Translations under genes and position numbers: made by a program
In this document: positions 11,601-19,321 of the stretch, one piece after another
Numbering within the stretch: the stretch's first letter is position 1
Layout of the letters: each line of letters starts with the position of its first letter
Notes under the pieces: generated by a model
Told to the model about the DNA's origin: nothing
Seen by the model: only the letters and a program-made list of their open reading frames with translations
Databases searched by the model: none
Virus record (IMG/VR): IMGVR_UViG_3300027749_003795
Location: 1 to 54,134 of that record
DNA from: a virus
Lineage: Duplodnaviria > Caudoviricetes
Direction: 5' to 3' (one strand)
Length of the DNA stretch: 54,134 bases

Positions 11601-12014
11601 GATGCAAGTGGCAAAGAAGTAAACTTCTATCAAAATGATAACGCACCAGGCGGCAATAGTTATTACAGAGAAAATGCAGAGATACAACCAGCAGCCGCAC
11701 ATTTATATGCAGACAAATATTTAAGAAAACTTAGAACCATTACCTTGGATGCCATAGTAAATCTTAAAAAATTCCCTCCACCTGATTTAATTAAAATGGA
11801 TGTGCAAGGTGCAGAACTGGATGTTCTCAAAGGTGCTCAGGAAACTATTAAAACAGCCAAGCATATTATATTAGAATTACAAATAGTAGAATATAATAAA
11901 GGTGCTCCTTTAAAAGATACAGTTATTGATTATATGGATTCAATAGGCTACGATTGTTTAGGGCTGTTTAGTAATAATGGTCCAGACGGGGACTATCATT
12001 TCGTGCGTAGATAA
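8643..12014 (+). CDS. Multidomain glycosyltransferase (GT-B + two GT-A/GT2-like) fused to an FkbM-family methyltransferase
   Basis: GGSE and YPS.FPETFGISSLES (GT-B); IISPFYN...IDDASTD...LDGDD (GT2); FSVDSD...GCGFGC...SEDVDFC (GT2-like); YDVGA...AFEA...LIKMDVQGAE (FkbM). Confidence 0.85.
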   Translation: MKLAIIDIIGIPYDGNTVDNQGLGGSESAVTLMSRELNNIGFSVTVFNNCGIDHARSGNFNGVEYRPLSDLALDHEFDIVISSRTIIPFTKPEDYHRLGDGRAMPFQSMNLYDRVVSQAKMRILWMHDTFCLGDNLIEELATANRITDIFTLSDFHLTYVANCNHGRRRNFEVLKRKLFITRNGAQNFKTEVDINAKDPNLFVYNASVTKGMVPLIQQIWPRVKAHIPSARLKVIGGYYRFSESSEPDQQEKDWRIMSVDPRNQELGIEYTGVISQKEIADILTESSFMIYPSVFPETFGISSLESLLYNTPIITCRFGALEEIALEGACYLMDYAIEPNGLFPDINTTEQVDKFVNLTIQAYHNKYLHQQKQYYCNIVKDIAGWDGVALQWKQFMVYKLGNYLSRDEYRAVSKINCRVHKVWNRRFTNTIELENYKSGNEQSITIISPFYNCANYISRCIISVASQDYDNYQHILIDDASTDNSIEVILATLKVLPEDIRNKFTVISNRENLGAVRNQIQNIRTLISDDNIVMLLDGDDSLINDNTVLSYYNSIYDGTTEFTYGSCWSMVDNIPLISQPYPESVKQNKLYRNHHFNWILPYTHLRTFKKSLLNTINDDQFKDLNGNWYKAGGDGSVFYALIEAADPNKVKCITDVVYNYNDASPLNDYKVNGDEQNKNAREIVNKMNQQKKTILIAIPTAKNIEPDTYKSIYDLIVPDGYETTFQYFFGYNVDQVRNLIADWVVKGYDYLFSVDSDIAFAPDTLSKMLAHDRDVVSGLYIQRKPGQHILEIYEHTPTGGVVNMPYGKLKGRPLVEVAGCGFGCALVKAEVMRKIGYPQFKYHSAISINDTVSEDVDFCRKARDNGFTIWADPSILCRHTGSFTFNVDTAIPVINTTSEVIDIKQFLRALRDPYPFPPDHIEYLNKLKNDGVDPMVIYDVGACVLHWTDRVKTIWPEATVIAFEAADVHEFLYQEAGIQYHIGVLSDASGKEVNFYQNDNAPGGNSYYRENAEIQPAAAHLYADKYLRKLRTITLDAIVNLKKFPPPDLIKMDVQGAELDVLKGAQETIKTAKHIILELQIVEYNKGAPLKDTVIDYMDSIGYDCLGLFSNNGPDGDYHFVRR

Positions 12015-12043
12015 CATAAATAATGGTAGTTCAAAGGACTACT

Positions 12044-12856
12044 ATGAAAAAACTACTAACTATTGCCCTGCTATTTGTAGCAGGATTGGCTCAAGCCTGG
12101 GACCAACGTGCTCCACTACCACCGGGTGCATGTCAAGTACATAGCCCTTACGGATTTGCAGCCACACAAAGAGCAGCACAACCAATTTGCCGTGAAGCAT
12201 ACTTAGTAGCATATGATGCTCCTGTTAAGATTCCCGTATATGTAGCGTATACATTACTACCACAAAATGCGTTAGGATGCTGGCCACGTACCAATGCGTT
12301 TGTTGCAGATCAAAGTGTACAGGGTGGTGCTCGTCCAGATGACTATGCTGGTACAGGTTACGACAAAGGACACGCAGCACCAGATGGCGATTTAAGTTGG
12401 ACACAGCAGGTAGAGTATGAATCATTCCTAATGACCAATATGTATCCACAAGCAGGATCATTAAATAGAGGAATTTGGAAATTATTAGAAACCAGTGTTC
12501 GTGGTTGGGCAGTTCAGTTAAATCAACCATTTACAATCTTTGTTGGTGCATTTTACGGTGCTGGAGATAAAGTAATAGGTAATGGTATAATTGTTCCTCA
12601 TGGATATTATAAAATTGTTGTTAATAACACAACCAAAGAAGTTGCAGGATGGCGTTTCCCCCATGTTGCACCTTATCCTAATTTAGGTAATGATTTGAAA
12701 GCATTTCGTATTCCTGTTTCACAAATTCAAACTGAAGCAGGTGTAACATATGCATTACCACCAGGATACAAAGAACTCAACCCAGGACAAGAATGGCCTG
12801 TAGATTTCGGAGCACTAACTAATGCAAAACGATCCCGATGCAAATCAGCCGACTGA
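12044..12856 (+). CDS. Secreted DNA/RNA non-specific endonuclease (NucA/EndoG-like)
   Basis: Signal peptide MKKLLTIALL...AQA; YDKGH...F.MTNM.PQ...LNRGIW..LE active-site motifs; start chosen at the ATG after AAGGA. Confidence 0.85.
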   Translation: MKKLLTIALLFVAGLAQAWDQRAPLPPGACQVHSPYGFAATQRAAQPICREAYLVAYDAPVKIPVYVAYTLLPQNALGCWPRTNAFVADQSVQGGARPDDYAGTGYDKGHAAPDGDLSWTQQVEYESFLMTNMYPQAGSLNRGIWKLLETSVRGWAVQLNQPFTIFVGAFYGAGDKVIGNGIIVPHGYYKIVVNNTTKEVAGWRFPHVAPYPNLGNDLKAFRIPVSQIQTEAGVTYALPPGYKELNPGQEWPVDFGALTNAKRSRCKSAD

Positions 12857-12926
12857 TAATGAATATCCGGTATACCCGGAGGACGACGGCACGGACAGAC
12901 CCCGTAATCCATATAGTCCAGCGTAG
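12822..12926 (+). CDS. Candidate 34-aa acidic/Pro-rich peptide MQNDPDANQPTDNEYPVYPEDDGTDRPRNPYSPA, overlapping the nuclease 3' end
   Basis: Hand translation; GGAG 9 nt upstream of the ATG; below the ORF-track size cutoff. Confidence 0.4.
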   Translation: MQNDPDANQPTDNEYPVYPEDDGTDRPRNPYSPA

Positions 12927-12930
12927 ATCT

Positions 12931-13030
12931 CACCTTAGGGACCGTTGTCGTCACGGGTGTGAGCTTGCTCACACAGGCGTCCGCGCAATTGAACTGTCAG
13001 GCGTACTTGACGGGAGATAAAGTAACTCCC
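12931..13030 (+). ncRNA. Candidate structured RNA with four hairpins
   Basis: Locally GC-rich; stems CCGT/ACGG, GTGTGAG/CTCACAC, GTCAGG/CTTGAC, GGGAG/CTCCC; strand uncertain. Confidence 0.45.
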
Positions 13031-13042
13031 ACTAAATACAGT

Positions 13043-13447
13043 ATGAAGATTACAGAGTTATTAACTGAAGGTAGAGAATCTAAACAAACATTTGTTGATA
13101 TGTTCAAGAAGTTTCTTCCCTTGGCCATGGAAATCTTAGAAATAGATAGACTACCTAAGATGAACTTTGAACCTGAAATAGAGTCTGGTGGTCAACCAAG
13201 TTTTGGTATGTATGTTAATGATGAAAAAACTCTACATGTTGCTATACTTAATCGCCATCCTGTGGATGTTTTACGTACAGTAGCACATGAATTAGTTCAT
13301 TTTAGGCAAGATATGCGTAATGAACTTAATGATAATAGTGGTGAAACAGGATCACCTGAAGAAAATCAAGCACACGAGATTGCCGGTGTTATAATGCGTC
13401 ACTTCAATAAGCAACATCCGCAATTCCTACGTAGTCAGCCAATCTAA
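13043..13447 (+). CDS. Putative zinc metallopeptidase-like (HExxH) protein
   Basis: TVAHELVHFRQ...E..A motif; start moved to the ATG 4 nt after TAAATA (MKITELLTEG). Confidence 0.65.
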   Translation: MKITELLTEGRESKQTFVDMFKKFLPLAMEILEIDRLPKMNFEPEIESGGQPSFGMYVNDEKTLHVAILNRHPVDVLRTVAHELVHFRQDMRNELNDNSGETGSPEENQAHEIAGVIMRHFNKQHPQFLRSQPI

Positions 13448-13455
13448 ACAGCCGT

Positions 13456-13484
13456 AAAAAAGCCTCGATCTAATGCCGAGGCTT
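13456..13484 (-). terminator. Intrinsic terminator for the minus-strand operon
   Basis: AAGCCTCG/CGAGGCTT stem with an A-run on the left (U-tail on the minus strand), between convergent genes. Confidence 0.65.
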
Positions 13485-13514
13485 CTGGACTACGTCCTAT
13501 ATATTTTTATTATA

Positions 13515-13784
13515 TTATTTTTTAGATGCAGTATTACTAGCATTAACAAATGAATACATTTTTTCTGCTGTTTCTAGAACTTTATCTAGTCCTGGGAACT
13601 CTGGCATGTCTATACGGGTAACTACTTGGCCAGTCTTTTCGTCTTTAGCAACTGACATTTCCCATCCGCGGAACTTAGAGTGATATTCTTCACTAACTAG
13701 TCCTTTGGCCATGTCTAGAATGTCTGTACGGATTTCGTAACCGTTCTTGTTGAATTTTACTTCAGGTGCTTTCAATGTTGACAT
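13515..13784 (-). CDS. Hypothetical protein (89 aa, MSTLKAPEVKFNKNGYEIRTDIL...)
   Basis: AAGGAG RBS before the ATG at 13784; the longer ORF-track start overlaps the next gene. Confidence 0.7.
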   Translation of the reverse strand: MSTLKAPEVKFNKNGYEIRTDILDMAKGLVSEEYHSKFRGWEMSVAKDEKTGQVVTRIDMPEFPGLDKVLETAEKMYSFVNASNTASKK

Positions 13785-13809
13785 AATTTTCTCCTTGTGT
13801 GTGTATGTC

Positions 13810-14091
13810 TTAGGCAGTAGCCTTCTTGCTACGTGTAGTTTTAGCCTCAACCACTTCTTCATTCTTAGGAAACCATTTATCGGAAATGGCATCCATAGAA
13901 TACTTTGCGATGTCAGTAAAGTTGTGTGCTAGCATTTTAGCAAACTCAGTCTGCGCTTCGATGTAATCGTGTGCTGCCTTGTTTAGCGTAGGATCAGTAA
14001 TGATCTTGTCTGTTAGGCCTCGTTTGGTTTCTTGGAACGCTTCGATATGTGCTTCGAGCGTTAGGTATGGTGCGAACATTTTATTAAACAT
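13810..14091 (-). CDS. Phasin-like small helical protein
   Basis: Amphipathic helical pattern (..AAHDYIEAQTEFAKML..), Lys/Ala-rich tail, AAGGA RBS; family call is by resemblance only. Confidence 0.45.
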   Translation of the reverse strand: MFNKMFAPYLTLEAHIEAFQETKRGLTDKIITDPTLNKAAHDYIEAQTEFAKMLAHNFTDIAKYSMDAISDKWFPKNEEVVEAKTTRSKKATA

Positions 14092-14164
14092 TTTTATTTC
14101 CTTGTGTATGTGTCTAGCAGTAATTGTACTGCATTAGTATTTATATTGCAAATTTAATGAGCAA

Positions 14165-14299
14165 TTAAATCCAGCCTTTAAAATCTTCCATCATAAGACG
14201 TTTGGCACCTCTATGATCGCCACGCTGTGCAAGATGTGTAGCAGCACGGGCCTTACCCATGTCACCTAAAAAATTATAGATTGATTTTAATATTTTCAT
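14165..14299 (-). CDS. Small hypothetical protein (44 aa, MKILKSIYNFLGDMGKARAATHLAQRGDHRGAKRLMMEDFKGWI)
   Basis: Hand translation; follows the upstream ORF after a 2-nt gap; GAGGA upstream. Confidence 0.6.
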   Translation of the reverse strand: MKILKSIYNFLGDMGKARAATHLAQRGDHRGAKRLMMEDFKGWI

Positions 14300-14301
14300 G
14301 A

Positions 14302-14475
14302 TTACCATCCTCTACGTGAATGCATCATATCAAATTGACGAGTTAGACGATCTACGTCACATGAGTTTTGTGGTGCGTTTCTGACAATGTATTCTTCTAA
14401 TGCGGAACTGTAAGTTTGTGGCTTACTGAAATTCTGAAACATCTTGTGGAAGTATTCAGCTAGTTGGCTTAACAT
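14302..14475 (-). CDS. Small protein (57 aa), DUF3563-like
   Basis: Hand translation MLSQLAEYFHKMFQNFSKPQTYSSALEEYIVRNAPQNSCDVDRLTRQFDMMHSRRGW; AGGAG RBS; E.Y....DV.R..R.FD pattern. Confidence 0.55.
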   Translation of the reverse strand: MLSQLAEYFHKMFQNFSKPQTYSSALEEYIVRNAPQNSCDVDRLTRQFDMMHSRRGW

Positions 14476-14535
14476 ATTTTTCTCCTGTTGTTAAAATATT
14501 GTAGAGACTCAGTGTTTCTACTAATATACTTATCT

Positions 14536-14564
14536 ATTTTATGCTGCAACCGCACAAAATGCAA
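14536..14564 (-). promoter_or_regulatory. sigma70-type promoter whose spacer is a TGC/GCA-rich PhaR-like box
   Basis: Minus strand reads TTGCAT-tttgtgcggttgcagca (17 nt)-TAAAAT. Confidence 0.5.
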
Positions 14565-14626
14565 GTCTTTATTTTTCCAGACATCTATGTTACAATCTAC
14601 TAAATATCAATAACAAGGATAACGTC

Positions 14627-14926
14627 TTGAAAAAAGCAACTCGCAGCCTATTAGAAGAACTTAATTCCATATCGGAAAAGAAAAACAGTGAAGCCATAAT
14701 TGAAGCTAGGGCTACACATGTTATTGATAGTGCAATCAATCTATTAGCACTTATTAAGGAAAACTTCTCCGCAGAAGATGCTTATGAATTAGAACGTAGA
14801 CTAATTAATAGTATTAAAGGTGGTGATCCTGCCAAATTTACCCGTAGTATACGTAGATTAAGAGATAACAAAGAAACTGCTCGACATTTAATAGTTATAG
14901 AAGGTGATGTTAAAAACGACGATTAA
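14627..14926 (+). CDS. Hypothetical protein
   Basis: TTG start with AAGGA RBS; TAAATA at ~14601. Confidence 0.7.
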   Translation: MKKATRSLLEELNSISEKKNSEAIIEARATHVIDSAINLLALIKENFSAEDAYELERRLINSIKGGDPAKFTRSIRRLRDNKETARHLIVIEGDVKNDD

Positions 14927-15019
14927 TAGACCATTTGGTTAATTTTTTTCTAATTGAGATAAATAAAAACATAATAAGTTTCATGGGGAAACTTAAAAAC
15001 AAGATTAGGAGATTTTAAA

Positions 15020-15463
15020 ATGGCACAATTAATTAACAAAAATGCACAAACAGTAGCACCTTTTTTCAAGAATGGTGTATCACTACAATGGTTTGTATTA
15101 TCATTCCCAAGCACTGTAGCTACTAAATTAACCACAGACAACGCAAAGTTTCTAGATGGTACATATACAGCGGAGCAGGCTAAGAGTCCAGTTTCGACAG
15201 CATTACATGCTATTCAACAAGCATGTTCTATCGAAATGGTAGGTACAATTTCGGACTTGAGCACTAGAGAAAGTTCAGGCGGCGGCGCAGGACGTGATGT
15301 ACGTTTCGCAGTAGCAGCAGCTGGTGGCGACTTTGGTACATCTAAGTGGGACGGTACAAACAGCGAAAGCTTCGCTGCTTACCTACAACGCTTAGTTCAG
15401 GCTGCTGGAACAAAACAAGGTGTTAACCTAGCTAGCTGCACAGTGGCAGCAATGGTACTATAA
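15020..15463 (+). CDS. Probable virion protein, paralogue 1
   Basis: AGGAG RBS, upstream TAAATA, own terminator; shares KNGV.LQ...FPS....KL...SPV..AL.A....SIE..GT...AVAA.GG.FGTS..DG with the next gene. Confidence 0.65.
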   Translation: MAQLINKNAQTVAPFFKNGVSLQWFVLSFPSTVATKLTTDNAKFLDGTYTAEQAKSPVSTALHAIQQACSIEMVGTISDLSTRESSGGGAGRDVRFAVAAAGGDFGTSKWDGTNSESFAAYLQRLVQAAGTKQGVNLASCTVAAMVL

Positions 15464-15483
15464 TTTAAAAATTAGTGATAAGA

Positions 15484-15512
15484 AAGGGAGTTTAATAACT
15501 CCCTTTTTCTTT
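15484..15512 (+). terminator. Intrinsic terminator
   Basis: AAAGGGAG/CTCCCTTT stem followed by a T-run. Confidence 0.75.
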
Positions 15513-15551
15513 GAGTAAATTTACTAAATATAAACATTCGGGAGATAGAAA

Positions 15552-15971
15552 ATGGTAGGAATAACAAAAACACATGAGACATTAGTTGCACCAGCGTATA
15601 AGAATGGTGTAACATTACAATTTATAACTATCACTTTTCCAAGTGCAGACCTAACAGCAAAATTAGGAAGATCAACTGCTGGTGTGCAAAGTCCAGTGGT
15701 ACAGGCATTAGATGCTGTTGCTAAATTAGCCAGTATTGAAATTATTGGTACTCCTAGATATGCTACTAGCAATACAACATTGACTATTGCCGTAGCAGCA
15801 TTAGGCGGTGCTTTTGGTACATCAGACTACGATGGCGACGGTGACAACGAAACGTTTGCTTTAGCATGCCAGCAAGCAATTGTTGCGGTTGCTACTAGTA
15901 CAGGTGCATTACAAGGTTATGACAATACTAATACCACAGTAGCATCAGAAATACGCGGCGTTGCTCTTTAA
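15552..15971 (+). CDS. Probable virion protein, paralogue 2
   Basis: GGAG RBS, TAAATA at ~15525, own terminator; paralogue of 15020. Confidence 0.65.
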   Translation: MVGITKTHETLVAPAYKNGVTLQFITITFPSADLTAKLGRSTAGVQSPVVQALDAVAKLASIEIIGTPRYATSNTTLTIAVAALGGAFGTSDYDGDGDNETFALACQQAIVAVATSTGALQGYDNTNTTVASEIRGVAL

Positions 15972-15990
15972 AATTAATTAAAGAATAAAG

Positions 15991-16017
15991 AAGGAAGTTT
16001 TTTAACTTCCTTTTTTT
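15991..16017 (+). terminator. Intrinsic terminator
   Basis: AAGGAAGTT/AACTTCCTT stem followed by a T-run. Confidence 0.75.
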
Positions 16018-16046
16018 ACGACATAAATATATTATATAGGTATATT

Positions 16047-16472
16047 ATGCAAACCATTGAAATAAAAACTTTAATAGATATAACAAACACCAATGTGTCT
16101 CGTCCCAATCAAGGCACACAACTTGAAATGGATCAACATAGAAACTTCACAACATTAAAACAATGTGCAGAACTTAGATCAATTATTTCTTATGATTTTT
16201 CACCTGAGCTGCAAGTAATAGATGTTAAAGATCAAGGATTTGGTTCTAAGTATAAAGGTAAACATGCTGTGTGGACTTTTAAATTTAGTCCTGATAGATC
16301 AGGAGCCTATGCTAACGATGATAATGATATAGGATGTTTACTCGAAGATGTACATGGAGTTCCGGTTGTTGAAAAGTTAACAGAAACGATAAATATCGAG
16401 AAGGCCATTTTCGAACTAATAGATGCGTCTTCCAAGAATACAGTTATCAAGGCAATCAAAGGCACAATTTAG
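16047..16472 (+). CDS. Hypothetical protein
   Basis: 141-aa ORF after TAAATA at 16024. Confidence 0.7.
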   Translation: MQTIEIKTLIDITNTNVSRPNQGTQLEMDQHRNFTTLKQCAELRSIISYDFSPELQVIDVKDQGFGSKYKGKHAVWTFKFSPDRSGAYANDDNDIGCLLEDVHGVPVVEKLTETINIEKAIFELIDASSKNTVIKAIKGTI

Positions 16473-16515
16473 GCAACAAGTTGGAAATTCGTACACCCTA
16501 AAGGAGATAGCTTAA

Positions 16516-16836
16516 ATGGCCCGAGAAGCACTAGCAACCGTTCCAGAACGTGTTAGCGTACTAGAAACAAAAGTAGATAACATAGAAGAAAAGATTGATG
16601 ATCTCAAAACAGATGTCAAGGAAATGCATGACTGCCTAGATCGTACTCGCGATAGTATCATGGATCAACTTACTGTAATGCATACAGCAAATGTTGATCA
16701 ACATAGTGATATGGCCAGTAAAATTAAAGCCCTTGAACAATTTAAAACTAAATGGGTGTATCTTAGTGCAGGAGCATTAGCAGCGTTAGGATGGATATCT
16801 GGACATGCCGAAACATTAATAGGCATTTTAAAATAA
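16516..16836 (+). CDS. Coiled-coil protein with a C-terminal TM helix (XhlA/holin-like architecture)
   Basis: AAGGAG RBS; heptad N-terminus; hydrophobic WVYLSAGALAALGWI. Confidence 0.55.
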   Translation: MAREALATVPERVSVLETKVDNIEEKIDDLKTDVKEMHDCLDRTRDSIMDQLTVMHTANVDQHSDMASKIKALEQFKTKWVYLSAGALAALGWISGHAETLIGILK

Positions 16837-16837
16837 T

Positions 16838-17191
16838 ATGCGTATAAAAGAATTAGTTGAAGCAGTACCAGTTGGGTCAAGTACACAACCTGTTGCTAAA
16901 CCAAATATTCCTCCTAACCAATCACCCGGTCAAACGCCGCCGGCAACAGGAACAGCACCTGCTACACCAGCACCAGCAACTGGAGCACCTACTACAGCGC
17001 CGACACCTGGAACACCACCCGCAGCACCAGCAACAGGAGCACCTCCTACAGCACCTGTACCTAATCCTGCACTACAGCAAGGTATGAAAGATACAATGAC
17101 TGACCTTGACAAAATTGCTGCACAAATTATAGCACTCAAACAACAACAACAGCAGATGCAGCAGCAAATGCAACAACCACCAAAAGTATGA
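16838..17191 (+). CDS. Pro/Ala/Thr- and Gln-rich low-complexity protein, possible internal head protein
   Basis: MRIKELVEA N-terminus; APATGAP repeats; poly-Q. Confidence 0.6.
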   Translation: MRIKELVEAVPVGSSTQPVAKPNIPPNQSPGQTPPATGTAPATPAPATGAPTTAPTPGTPPAAPATGAPPTAPVPNPALQQGMKDTMTDLDKIAAQIIALKQQQQQMQQQMQQPPKV

Positions 17192-17400
17192 AAATAGGTC
17201 AGTTATTATCAGGGATGCACATTGTTCTCACCAATGAAGAACAATCTTTTGTCCATAAACATAAAGATAATATATCTATAACCAGTTTGGATGAGCACGA
17301 GTTATGGCTTGCTCAAAACCTTGTACGCAAGGGAATTTACTCGATAAGTAAAGATAACCGAACAATGGTAAAACAACTAGATGAAACAACAACTACCTAA
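17188..17400 (+). CDS. Hypothetical protein
   Basis: ATGA overlap with the upstream gene. Confidence 0.65.
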   Translation: MKIGQLLSGMHIVLTNEEQSFVHKHKDNISITSLDEHELWLAQNLVRKGIYSISKDNRTMVKQLDETTTT

Positions 17401-17854
17401 TGATGTTTATTCTGCAATAGAAAAACTCAGCAAAGACGCTAAATCAAAATTATTACAGCAAGGTGTAGTAGTGCCTATAAAGGGCAAGGATGGTGTTATT
17501 AATGTAGGAAACTACGCAATTAAACGAAAAAAAGATGGGTTTTATTGCATTTTAGACTTTGAAAAAGAAGTAATCCTAGACAGAATTAATCTCCCACAAA
17601 CAGCAGCAGTAATAGCTAATAGACTAGCACTAGGCAAATATATCGATGATGATGTTGTCGATGCTGATACAGGCTACGGATATTCATTGTTCAATGAAGA
17701 ACTACATACTAAATTAGCTGACAAGAATATAAAAACTAAGATGATAGATCGTGCTGATGTTATGTATACCAAAGCAAAAATTGATAGGTATAAGAAGGAA
17801 CAACACATGAAAACCGTAATGAGAAGTTTTAATAAACTTATGCAGTTTAGCTAA
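17381..17854 (+). CDS. Hypothetical protein
   Basis: 157-aa ORF in operon. Confidence 0.7.
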   Translation: MKQQLPNDVYSAIEKLSKDAKSKLLQQGVVVPIKGKDGVINVGNYAIKRKKDGFYCILDFEKEVILDRINLPQTAAVIANRLALGKYIDDDVVDADTGYGYSLFNEELHTKLADKNIKTKMIDRADVMYTKAKIDRYKKEQHMKTVMRSFNKLMQFS

Positions 17855-17884
17855 ATAATATTATCAATCTTTCCGGGATTAACT

Positions 17885-19321
17885 ATGAAAACAAGTGATT
17901 TTAACTCTCCGCTGACCAGTACCAAACTAAACGAAAACATGAACAAGATGTTCGGTGTACGAGTTAAGTTAGAAAACTATTCAAGAGAACAGCTAGAAGA
18001 TATGCGTAATAAATTACGTACCCGCGTTTTCCAACAAGAGGGTTCAGCAGGCATCAATGATTTGCTAACCAACGAAACATATCAAAAAGACAAGGCCATG
18101 TTGGACTTGCTAAACACAAGGATTAAAGAAATGCTAGGCGAAGACATCAAAAAACTACGTGACAAAATGGATCAATTAAGTGAGGCCAAGAACAAAGACC
18201 GAACTGGTGACGGCAAGAAAAACTTTGACGATGTTCAAGTTGCCCGCATGACAGCAGGCGGCGTTCCTAAGAAGAAGGCCATTGCTAAGGCAACTAGTGA
18301 TAACTTTAAAGAAGCAATGAGCAAGAAGTGCTGCTGCTCTACCAAGGGTAAAGAAAAGTGTCCAGTGCATGGTATGAAAGAAGCGCAGGGAGACGATGCA
18401 AAAGCTCGTGTTGCTCAACAGCAGGCAGATCGGGATGATCCAATGAGTCCTTCTTATAAAGACAAGAAAGAAAAATCCAGTGGTGTTACCCGAGTTAAAG
18501 GTACAAGCTATGGTAATCAAGCTCAAGAGAAAGAGAAAGACAAAGATCTTGAAGAAGGCAAATCATGTTCAAAAGGTCATACTAAAATGACCAAAGGATG
18601 TAAAGAGTGTGCTGGTATGTACGAAGCCAAGCAATCTAAGCCTGATAAAAATAACAACAACATCCCTGACTCTGCAGAAGATGGTAAAGGTCCACACGAT
18701 ACAAAGAAGAAAGGTGCAGCACCTAAGAAAGGTGTAAATCCTTTTGCTAAAAAAGATGAGAAAAAGAAAGTTAAAGAGTCTTTTAACCAATTCAAACATA
18801 ATGTTCAATTTGTTAATGAAAGTTTAGGCTATCTATTGCAAGAAGACGAAGAAGGTAAAGCTAAGGCTATTACCGCAGCAGGTGATATGGTTAATGACTT
18901 TACCAGTTGGATGCAACGTGTTGGTCAATATCAAACTAAGACAATGATTGAATTAGCAGATGCTATCAAAGCAGACTTTGGAGCACAAGAAGCAGAAGCA
19001 TTCAAGGCCGCAGTTGGACCAGCATTGAGTTCTACACTTGAGACACTAACTCAACAACGTGAAGCAGTCAGTGGAGCGGTTGCAACATTAGCAGGTGAAG
19101 CTACAGCAGAAGTTAGTATGGGTATGGAACCAGAAATGCCTCCAGAACCAGGAATGGATATGAGCGCACCCGACGAGATGAATCCAGCACCAGCCGGTGA
19201 TGAATTTGGTGCGGCAGATGCAGCAGCAGGTATGGGGACAACAGGTCGTGAAATGCGTGAAAGCAGGTTTGCTCGCAAACTAGCCGAATCACATAACATC
19301 ATGTCCTCATTGGCAAAGTAA
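17885..19321 (+). CDS. Charged, partly disordered protein; possible prohead core/scaffold-like protein
   Basis: TAAATA upstream; recurring hydrophobic-x-E-(A/G/S) sites (LSEA, FKEA, MKEA, LEEG, MYEA, VKES, VNES, MRES, LAES) resembling T4 gp21 cleavage sites. Confidence 0.5.
   Translation: MKTSDFNSPLTSTKLNENMNKMFGVRVKLENYSREQLEDMRNKLRTRVFQQEGSAGINDLLTNETYQKDKAMLDLLNTRIKEMLGEDIKKLRDKMDQLSEAKNKDRTGDGKKNFDDVQVARMTAGGVPKKKAIAKATSDNFKEAMSKKCCCSTKGKEKCPVHGMKEAQGDDAKARVAQQQADRDDPMSPSYKDKKEKSSGVTRVKGTSYGNQAQEKEKDKDLEEGKSCSKGHTKMTKGCKECAGMYEAKQSKPDKNNNNIPDSAEDGKGPHDTKKKGAAPKKGVNPFAKKDEKKKVKESFNQFKHNVQFVNESLGYLLQEDEEGKAKAITAAGDMVNDFTSWMQRVGQYQTKTMIELADAIKADFGAQEAEAFKAAVGPALSSTLETLTQQREAVSGAVATLAGEATAEVSMGMEPEMPPEPGMDMSAPDEMNPAPAGDEFGAADAAAGMGTTGREMRESRFARKLAESHNIMSSLAK

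Noticed and set aside
12838-13042. ORF 12838..13020 and the N-terminal extension of 12959..13447
   Set aside because: They run through the hairpin region without an RBS; the ATG after TAAATA is the better start.
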